Source: Blepharisma stoltei ATCC 30299 | Taxonomy: Eukaryota > Protista > Ciliophora | Direction: 5' to 3' | DNA: 64,000 bases | NCBI GenBank assembly: GCA_965603825.1 | Contig: CBFDEM010000062.1 | Coordinates: 310,001-374,000 of the forward strand | In this document: one piece after another, positions 10,362 through 20,160 of the stretch | Numbering within the stretch: the first letter of the stretch is position 1 | How the letters are laid out: every line of letters begins with the position of its first letter | Position numbers and translations under genes: made by a program | The notes under the pieces: generated by a model | Told to the model about the DNA's origin: nothing | What the model saw: the letters and a program-made list of their open reading frames with translations, nothing else | Database searches by the model: none

Positions 10362-11984
10362 CTAATGATGCTCAATTTTAGTTTTGTGCTTCTTTTTGTG
10401 CTTTTTCTTATTTTTAGGCTTAATTTTAATAAGGTCATCAATATGATATGGAGGAGCAGCATATCTTCCATCAACTTTGGTTTCACTAACGATTATTTGC
10501 TCCCAATGGTCTTTTTCTTTATAAGCTGTTTTTATTATATCAACAAATTCTTCATGCTCGCTAAATATAACAAATGACGGCTTAGCAACATACACATCTT
10601 CCAGCTTTACTTTTTTCCCATATAATACACTATCTGCAAATTTTTCCATAAATGTCTCTTCATGCTTTTTGCATTCATCAAAATATTGAGCCAAAGCTTT
10701 TCCATGCATAGATAATTTTGCATTCAAAAACTTTCTTATGAAATACAGTTTAACTAGCCTGGGAATTAATCTCTTTCCAGTAAATTCTTCATCCTCTTCT
10801 TGTGAAATAAAAATATTTTTTTTATTTTTCTTTGTTAATTGTTCTTCAGTTTTATTTCATAAGTTCATTAAAGCTTCTGTCCGAGCTCGGTAGATGTTTA
10901 TCATTGAGATAAAACCTTTTTGAATCAGCGAGATTCTTCTTTTTCATTCATTAACAACATCTTGTAAATTATCTCTGTCTAACCCTCTTGATAATACATC
11001 GGTGATGATTTCTTTGAATCTTTTGTTTTTTCTAAATTTCCAGGCTAATATGTGTGGAGTGAGGTAATTCTTCATTTTACTCCATGCCAGCTTTGACCTC
11101 GCTTCTCTTATTTTTATTCTAAATTTGCCTAAAACTAAGCATACTTGGAATAGCCAGTTGATAATGCTTTTGTTTCTTTCTTTTAATTTCTTTTTTCATA
11201 TGCCTCTTTTCTTTCAGATTGTTGCAAATGAAATGGCTGTAAAAAGTAAAATCCAGGATTTCTTCATGATGTGGAATTCTTGCCAATTATTTCTAATTTC
11301 GATTCTTCTCAATCTTCCATTATAGTGGTCTTCTCTTAGCTTTTTATTGTTTAAATCAATTGCAGTCTTATTTTCTTTGCAATTTATTTCTTTCAGTGCT
11401 TTCATTTTAAACTTTTCTTTGAGTATTTCCTTATATTTTTCAGGAGAAAACCTCGACACATCTTTATTTTGCCTTATGCGGACTTTAATTTCCTTTTTCC
11501 TTTCTTCACTAACATATCTGTATTTAAATGACTCAATCTGATGAAACAGAGGAGTGTCAAAACGAGGAGTTGTGGAAAATTGAAATGATGGCCCTTCTAA
11601 TGGAGTATAAGTTCTATAAGTAACAGTTCCTACAATTCGCTCCCAGCTATGGTCAGTTGGAATTATTGGTAAATCATATTTTTCTTTAATTGAAGCTGGT
11701 ATTGAGTTAATTATGTATTTCAGCTTATTTGCTCTTGGGGTTTTTGGTTCTTTGCCTTTATCTCTTGCAGTTTGAGAAATCGGGGAAAATCGCAGAATTT
11801 TAGGTGATGAATGATTAAGTGAAGGCAAATTATCGTCTTCGTTCATAGTCTGGTTTAGCCTGGAGATCTCAAGAGATGTATTAACGTTAAAATTTGTGAT
11901 TTGGTGTTTTAAGTTGCTGAGTTTTGGATTTTTTATTTCTTTTTCAACAGATTTTGATCTGATGATCTCTGGGAGACTCATCAT
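10362..11984 (-). CDS. Hypothetical basic protein, about 540 aa
   Basis: ORFs 11214-11984 and 10362-10727 are in one frame, joined through four TGA codons with no TAA/TAG seen. No family recognised. Confidence 0.7.
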
Positions 11985-12014
11985 AACGCTGTTTAATTTT
12001 TTAATATTTTAAAA

Positions 12015-13521
12015 TTAGATTTGTAATATCTTCAGCGTGAGATATTGTTTAAATTCCTCTAAACTGATTACTCCATTTCTATCAGTGTCAGCTTCTTCTA
12101 AGAACTTATTTCATTCAGAATCTTCAATTCCAGGAATACACTCCTTCAGTTCGCTAAGTGACAGCTGCCCATCACCCCCTTTATCATACAATTTAAACGC
12201 TTGTTGAAGCTGCTCTTTCTGGATAACTTTATTTCATTCTGTTGTCGCAGTTAAAAACTCAGTGTAATCTAAATATCCATTTTCGTCTGTATCACAATTT
12301 TTCATAATTTCAACTACATCTAACTGTGAACCTAAGCCAAGCGCTGCAGAGCCTTCAGACAACTCTGTCATGCTAAGTCTTCCATCTCCATTTTTGTCGA
12401 GCTGCTTAAAAAGATGTATCAAATCTGCTTCTTCTGAAGGTGATGCAACCTGTGATGCAATAAAAGTTAAAATTGATTTTTCCAATTTCGACTGGGCCTT
12501 TATAAATTCTTACTCTGAATTTACTTAATTGCTCAAATGCTTGAGTGTTAATTGGACTTTCATCAATTTCATTATTAATATGCCTCTTTATCCAGCGATG
12601 ATTTAAAACGTCTCTTGCACTAAACCTTAAAGTCGTATTTACACAGATCATTTTGTGAATCAAGTCTTTTGCATCTTCAGAAATGCTGCTTCAGACGCCT
12701 TTTGTCATATCTGGATTGGCAGATCTTGCCTTTGTAAGTATTTCGGCCTCAGTGGTTCCTATGAAAGGAGGGCGGCCACCTAGGTAAAAATTACATAGCA
12801 TTAAATATAAAATAATACCTGCACTTCATATGTCGCACTTTTCGTCGTAGGCTCCTGAAAACACTTCAGGTGCAATATAACAAAGAGTTCCTATAACAGA
12901 TGGAAGCTTGGAGTTAATAACCAGTCGTTGAGAAATACTAAAATCAATGACTTTTAAAGGAGCATTAGGGCTTGTACTTGCAAAAAGAAGATTTTCAGGC
13001 TTTAAATCTCTGTGAACAATGTGCTTTTGGTGACAATAATTGAGAGCAGTAACAATATCATGAGTATATTTGGCAGCAATATTTTCACTGAATCTCATTT
13101 CTTTTAGCACCTTATCGAATAGTTCTCCACCTGTTAAGAGTTCTGAAACAATGTAATAGCATAAATTTGATTCAATTACTTCATATATTTTCAAAATATT
13201 TGGATGGTCCTGCATAATACTTACAATTTCTTTCAAGAGTTCAACTTCCAGGAGCATTTGTTTTTCTGATACTATGTCAACCTTAAGTTTAGGAATTTCT
13301 TTAATCGCCCTATCCAAGCCAGTTCTCTTATCGATAGCTTTAAAAACCGTTCCAAAGCCTCCACTTCCAATCGTCTTTATAATGTCGAAATGATCTTTAA
13401 CTAAACCTTTAGTGGTTCTCACGAATTTTCCTTTATTAATATCTACAGAGTTAGCACATTTTCTTCCCTTGGAATTCTTACTTATTGGTAGATTAATAGT
13501 ATTAGAGGTGCAGCAACCCAT
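12015..13521 (-). CDS. Calcium-dependent protein kinase (CDPK) with three tiny introns, 486 aa
   Basis: MGCC N-terminus, HRDLKPEN, four EF-hands. Introns at 13210-13224, 12780-12794 and 12498-12513. TGA=Trp at 12826 (CDI-W-SAG), 12234 and others. Stop TAA at 12015-12017. Confidence 0.88.
12498..12513 (-). other. 16-nt intron GTAAGAATTTATAAAG
   Basis: Removal corrects the frameshift between kinase and EF-hand regions (LSKFR|AQSKLEKS). Branch A is 6 nt from the 3' end. Confidence 0.88.
12780..12794 (-). other. 15-nt stop-less intron GTAATTTTTACCTAG
   Basis: Removal converts MLCNFYLGGRPPF to the consensus MLCGRPPF. Confidence 0.85.
13210..13224 (-). other. 15-nt stop-less intron GTAAGTATTATGCAG
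   Basis: Removal converts LKEI-VSIMQ-DHPNI to the consensus LKEIDHPNI. Confidence 0.88.
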
Positions 13522-13645
13522 TTATTTATTTAGAAATTTTAATTAAAAATTTGAAAAGGACTAATAAAATTTGTAATATAAATCTGCAATTAAAATCAAT
13601 TATATGTACTTATTTGTAATTATATTTTATAATAATAATAATAAA

Positions 13646-15318
13646 TTAGCTTTTATCGCGCATTAAACGCCTTATTCTTTTAATTTTCACAATTTCTTTT
13701 ATAAAAATTTGACAGCTGCATCCACTTCTCTTACTTTGTTCTTTTTTCATTTTAGTAGTTGACTTCATTTTTTCATATCTCCATGAATCTCGCACAATGT
13801 CTATTAATTTTGTATCAATCCCATCAAATCTCAAGTTTGTTAGTTTGATCAATAAATCAGTTCTTTAATTTTTGGATTTGATGCAAATTTTAATAAGGTA
13901 CTTTACGTCCTGATTATGTCATCTGCAGTACTTTTTCCATGATTCCAAGCTCATCAGTCCCTGCTCTGCACAGTTCTCAAACCATAGCCCTTCATAATGC
14001 ACCGCATCTACTTTCTCACCCTAGTTCATTTTCATATTTTATCTTTGATATTTTTTGCATTAAACTACCTTTTTTTGCGTTCACCACTTTAGCTTTAAAT
14101 AGCATCGTCCTTCTATCAAGTCTAATCCTTTTTGCAGATGGCGCTTTCATCATTATCATCTGCCTTTTTTTCCAAGTTTGTACATCCCCCTCCTCCGTGC
14201 GCATGATTATATATTCGTCTCTTTTGCAGACTCCCAGAAATTGACTCATTGAGTTTGTGTATAGGAGTTGCCTGATAGGTAGTTTTTTTAGTTCTTCAAC
14301 TTCTGCATTGCATATAGCAAACTTATATATCTCTAATTCTTTCAGAAACCTCATAAATGCTTCCTCTTTACTCTCACTTTCTGCTATTTCAAGTTTAGCC
14401 TTCTCGCCTGATGCCATAGCCCCTCTCTCATATTGCATAGTCATAGTTTGTCTTGTACAATCAATACTCTTAATAATAATTCAGGCTTTATTAATGTTTG
14501 ACAGTAAGCTTGGGTGTTTGCAAATTTTTGCCTCTCTATCACGTCTGCTTCTCTATATATGCTTTCCTTGATCTGCATCATATCTTCCACATCCTGACAA
14601 TCCTTTTCGAAGCGCCCACGTCCCTCGCACACATTGCAAGTGTAGCTCCATTGGTGCGAGATGTGGCACCGTGTCCGCATTATTTCTAGGGTACTTCCCA
14701 GAGAGCATATATTTGCTCCATTGAATCAAATCATACATAGGCTATAATTGTTCCATTTCCTACTCCAAAATCTGCCTCAATTTCCGCTTCCCATATCCTT
14801 CATTTCTTTCCTAGTTCTATGATCGCCAGTTCTGCCGATAATCTGTAGTCCAAATTAATTTTAATTTTGTAGTATCTGGGATCAATGCTACCTTTTTCAA
14901 CCACTGGTCTTAGCCTCACATACACTCTGTTGTTTATATACAAAGCTCTATCCATGAGTAATTGATTTCCCTCCTTCTTGTCGACATACATAATTAGATT
15001 CATTCCCTTATCACGCCACAGCCTAATCTTATCTCCATACTTCTCCTTCAGGTTGCTCTTAGCGTAGTCTTTCAGCTTTGAGATCACCTCCGAGCTTGCT
15101 TTAAATTCATCTTTAAGTTCTGCTGCGATTCTGACAATGTCAATTTCAATTTTCCCATTTCGTCAAGTTTGAGGATTTTAAAGTTGTCCCATCTAGCTGA
15201 CGTGCTGATCTGAGTGTCCACGCGGCGTTATTGCGATGTTTGTGGTTTCTCTAAGGTATTTCTCAATTTTCTGCCCTCTGCTGCTGCTGCTGTCGGCTGC
15301 ATTTGGCGCCCTTTTCAT
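13646..15318 (-). mobile_element. Decayed non-LTR retrotransposon ORF1-like relic (RRM-RRM-CCHC), pseudogenised
   Basis: Broken frames: TAG and TAA near the 5' end, and TAG 14686-14688 with a 1-nt frameshift. RNP-like 'AYVWFDS'; zinc knuckle CNVCEGRGRFEKDC at 14597-14638 (His replaced by Arg). Purine-rich minus strand. No reverse transcriptase seen. Confidence 0.5.
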
Positions 15319-15498
15319 GTGCTAAAAATGTATATAATAATATTTTATAATGTAAGGAAAGAATGCTAAAGAAATCAATTGTTCTTCTCTCTAATATGCA
15401 ATAAATATTCGGTTTGAATTCTTAAGAAGATTAATAAAATTATCATAATTTAATTCCCTATAGTTTTCTTCTTACTTTTATATAAAGGATATTTATCA

Positions 15499-15780
15499 AT
15501 GGAAATGGAATCTGCGACTCAAGCTATTTCATCCTTAAATATTGAAGAAGATGAAGAGCTCTCATGGATTCAGCATAAAGTGCTGAATAACACCTTGAGG
15601 ATAACACTTACTGATACAAGAAAAATTCAAGGCAAACTTCAGTGCCTTGATCATTTAGGAAATATAGTTTTGACTGAAGCAGTTGAGCATATCCCCAACT
15701 TTAATATTCAAAGAAATGTTGGAAGCGTCATTATTCCTTCAAAAGCTATTGAAAAAATTGAGCTAGAGAATATCGATTAA
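15499..15780 (+). CDS. NAA38: Sm-like (LSm) protein, NatC auxiliary subunit-like
   Basis: Sm1 motif LRITLTDTRKIQGKLQCLDHLGNIVL; Sm2 motif RNVGSVIIP. Confidence 0.7.
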   Translation: MEMESATQAISSLNIEEDEELSWIQHKVLNNTLRITLTDTRKIQGKLQCLDHLGNIVLTEAVEHIPNFNIQRNVGSVIIPSKAIEKIELENID

Positions 15781-16104
15781 AATACAAAATAATACTAAAG
15801 GCTTTCTCAAATTATGACAACATTGTCTTTCTCTTAAAGCAATAATTTATCTAAATAATGGAAATTTAAGTATTAAAACTTCAAATGCTTTTAAATATTA
15901 TATTGAATGCTATATGCAAACTAAAATTTCGTGAAGGCATATATAAGTATTCGTCATTTTTAAGCAGTGATTACTTATATATATTAAATCATATAAGCTA
16001 GAATATTATGCATATAAGCATAAATATGAATTTTGTATTAACTATGCATAAAATTATCAATAGACTTTCAATTTAAAACAATTTAATACGAATAGGGTAT
16101 AGTT

Positions 16105-16218
16105 AAAGGCTCTATCGTTAAGAACACTTTCTCAATCGTCTATAAGACATGGGATTTTCTTTTTCAACCATCTCTGAAGGCAGCTGGAGGAAAATTTTCA
16201 TCGTCTTGACAATGGCTT
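16105..16218 (-). pseudogene. Diverged relic copy of the 3' end of the adjacent receptor gene
   Basis: 16111-16151 aligns with 16332-16373. Encodes KPLS...IDDWESVLNDRAF against the gene's EPLS...MDDSESVLNDRTF. Confidence 0.7.
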
Positions 16219-16289
16219 ATTTTCCAGAGAATAAGTTTTTTAAATTATGTTTTCACTCTTAAGGACGACAATGAGTTAATTTAAAATAT

Positions 16290-19200
16290 TTAATAATTCT
16301 TAGTTGTATCGAGTTCAGTGCGAATAAAAGTTCTATCATTTAGAACACTTTCTGAGTCGTCCATTGAGACATGAACTTTTTTCCCTCCAATCATAACGGA
16401 TGGAGCTTGAGGAGTAGTAGTATCATCGAACTTGGACAATGGCTCCATTTTGTATTTTTTATTCACGAAGTTGGGAGTTTTCTTTTCTATTTCAGCAGAA
16501 GAAATTGTCTTTCCAAACGCAAACTTCACAAGAACTGCAAGACTTATAGGCTTAGGTCTAAATAGGTAGCTTGGGCAATATTTTTTTTGTAAAATAACCC
16601 CACTTAAAAGAAATATCGCCCACCCACTTAATTGTAAAACTAGCCAAGGGACAAATGTAGATTCTGTCGCACTATTGTACACACTTGTCCAAAATATTGA
16701 CCATGCAGCTCCCATAATGGCTATTATTTGCCATAAATTAATTCTTCCATAGTTATATGGTTTTTTCCAATATAAAAATACTGCAAATGCAATTAAAGTT
16801 CCAAAATAAATATAGCCATGAGCGTGAGGCTCCGTAGGTTTGACTGTCTTATTTAGCACAACTGCAGACATCTGAAAAACACTTTTTATCATAAGATACA
16901 GAGGATTTGCTTTGATATTTATTGCAACCTGCATTTCTTGCCATAGCGGTCTGCAAAATACAGCAAATGGCAAGTATAAGAAAAATGCAATGATGGCAAA
17001 AATTGCAAAAGCAATATGATCTCCTTGCCAGCAATACTGGTGGCAATCTTTATCAAGAAAACTGTCAGTTAATTTATTGCTTGTTCCTTCTGTGCATTGG
17101 AATACGTTCATTAGCATCGCAATAATAGGCAAAAAGCATACATTTCCAATTACAGGCATTAAATGCTCTGAAAAAATCCCTAGCCATCTAAAGAAAAACA
17201 CGTTTTCTAGTCTGATATCTATTCTAAAAATTATTATGAAACCCATGATAAACCATCCTCCGCATAATCCATAAACCACGTATAAGGCTATCCAAAAAGC
17301 GGTATTTTTAAAATCAATCAGATCATCCATATTCACAGACAAGCTTTGACTTAATACGTCAATTATAACATTACCTTGAAATCTTGGCCCCATAGCTAAA
17401 TATTGGAAAAATTCAATAATAACAAATCCCATCGTCATATAGTCACCAAAAGTTATTTCTCTACTTTCCTTAAGTGCAGGAACTGATTTTTTCCATCACT
17501 TATTCCAGATAAAAGCAGTAATCGCTAAAGTAACAACGCAAAGTGTAAAACAGATGGCAAAGAGCAGTCCTTGGCCTGAATGTGATGTCCGTTTTTCACT
17601 GTCTTCAAATGGACAATCTGGTTTTGGCCTTGTATCTGATGGAGTTTTGGTAGTGTTTCCAGGATAAATAATTGTACCAGATATTTCCATAGCTGTGCTA
17701 GAAGTAGGATTATACAATCCAATCTGAGGCTCTATGAACGGAGGCATCCCATTCTTGTACACTCCTGTATTATTAATCTGAATGTTGAATATAGATATAG
17801 CGAGACCATTACGATTATTTGAAGCGCTATCAACTGAAACTACACCTGAGCATCCAGTAAAGTATGCAAGTCTCATTGCTTTGTTCATAATTGCTGGATC
17901 TTCATAATCATCTCCTTTATCAACTGCATACTTTAATCCATTCAGGATAAGCATGCAAGCATCGAACGCCAAGCATTTGTATGATGGGTCTGCACCATTA
18001 TAATAACTTTTTAATTCATTCTTGATTTGAAGCCCATATGTCCCAACATATTCCTGATTTGCAGTCGTTATAATTCCCAGCATGATGACTTCTCTTTTTA
18101 ATCTTCTTTCTTCTGTTAGGGTAGAGTCAGTTAAAAGATTCATTCCTCCAGCATAATTCATGCTAATAGACATTATGTCGCCTGCCCTAAAGCCAATGTC
18201 ATATAATCCTTCATATCATGGCCACATACTTACTGTGTTGAAAATCGGGATTATAATCCTCGCTCTTGTGTCTTTTATTTTTTGGAATTTAGCTGAGTAA
18301 TTTGCATACATATCTTGTGAATAGTAAGCTGGAAATGCCCTTGATTCTTCATCATTTATAATTGTTATTCCTAAAGTATCGCATTCAGACTTGAATGAGA
18401 GATAATTGTAGTAATTCGTACTAGAATCATTACTGTAGGCGACAGCCACCTTTTTCCATCCAAAAATATTCATAATGTTCACCATGATTTTTGCATTATA
18501 AGTAGTTGGAGCCAATATTCTCATAAACTCCGGATATTGGGTTTTATTGGAAAGTATATACCCTGAAGCCTGATCTGTAAGATAAGGGATTTTTATTCCA
18601 AGTTCTCGAAAAACTGTAATAATTCCTTGACTAGAGGCAGTGTATTGGGTCCCTAAATAAGCAATTCCAAGCTTGTCGACATAAGGAGTATAGCATGCTT
18701 TAGTTATATCGTGAACATATAATTGATTTCCACAATTTGTAGGGATAAAGCTGATGTTAAAGTTAGGCAGTAGCGTTGGATCTTGATTAGCCCTAACTAT
18801 CCCATATACAGCCCCACCCCTTGAAGATATAACATAAGGATTTGTAGAGGTTGATCCAGGCTCATTAATTCCATATGCCATTCCAAAGCTAACAGATGCT
18901 TTTGAATTTATTGGATAAACGGTTGTGTTCCCCGGGAATATGATGCCGGTATCTGTAAAAGAAAGTTTTCCATTTTTAATAGAACCTCGAGCAACTCTTG
19001 CTTGATTGTATATGTTTATTAAGGTATAAATAGGATATCGGTACTGTTCGAGCGAAATGGTGTCAAATGCTGTTTTAATTTCATATGCACTCACAACTAA
19101 GGCTGTACTTTTCAGCTGTTTTATGAGATTTGTGAATTGTTGTATAGCCAAAACTTCATACATTTCAGTAGATGTGGCAGATTCTAGTCCCTTCTCAGCA

Positions 19201-19919
19201 TAAATCAGGCATCCATCAGGTATCGTTGCTCCTAGCATACCTCTGCCTGATAATAAAACTCCAGACCCTTTTTTATAAACTTTTTTTGATTGAAGTGAGT
19301 TCAAAACTAAAGTGTTTGTTGTTCCCTTCGAAAAAGAAACGAACATAGAGATTCCATTCGGCTTTATTTGCTTTCCTATCATATTATCAACATCAGCTTG
19401 AGTCAGCGAACTTGAAATCGCCATCCTCATATCAATCAATTCTTTATTGGAGATATAAAAGCTGTCTTCTAATTGGATGGATTGTACATCATCTGAAGAT
19501 ATAACAGCTAATCTTGTCCATGAAAAATAAGTAGTTGCAGCCTGGGCTGTTAAGATTTGGTTACTTAAGCTGGAATGAACAGAGTACATCCAATTTCCAG
19601 AAATTTTGAAATTTTCATCAATTTGAAGACACAGGATTTTGGATGAATTGGAAAAATAATCAATTTTATGATGAAGCAGCATGTCATAAGTAGCATCTAC
19701 CATCATCGTTAAGTCTTGCAAAATATAGCTTTCCAAAGCAGAGCTTTGAGTTATGGTATAAAATGAGATATCAAAGAAGAAATCAGAATTTCCTAAGCTG
19801 CTATCAAGATTTGAGAGGAAATATGTTGATAATGAAGAAGGTGTGCTTGAAGAGAAAAGTACAATCATATTGAGTTCGCCCTTAACTAGGTTCAATAGCA
19901 AAACGATAAATGCAAGCAT
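16290..19919 (-). CDS. Receptor-like membrane protein with tandem ANF-receptor/Venus-flytrap domains and about 9 TM helices, 1209 aa
   Basis: Three ORFs join through TGA 18216 and 17496. Signal peptide; VFT motifs FSWTRLAVIS, ANQDPTLLPNF, LSNKTQYPEFMRI, FGWKKVAVAYS, AFDAC and FTGCSGVVS; multi-TM C-terminus containing CWQGDH and KPYNY. Confidence 0.8.
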
Positions 19920-20160
19920 TTTTTATTATCGTTTTATTTCTCTTCATCAAAAAGAATTAAGCAGTTCTTTGAAAATATGAAACAATTCTTAAAAATGTTA
20001 ATAAATATATTTCTTAATGGAGTTTTAAGCAGTTTTAATTTTGAAAATCCAAGAAGGCCTATTTAACTGATATTCTTTATAAGCATAATTTATTTAAAAA
20101 ATTTATTATTTGTAGCAATTAAATATAAAACTTAATGAATTTCAAAGGTTTTTTTTTCTT

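Noticed and set aside
14680-14694. Programmed frameshift or mini-intron at GTACCCTAG-AAATAA in the ORF1 relic
   Set aside because: The GT-AG span is only 9 nt and would not correct the frame. The other stops and the knuckle mutation favour simple decay.
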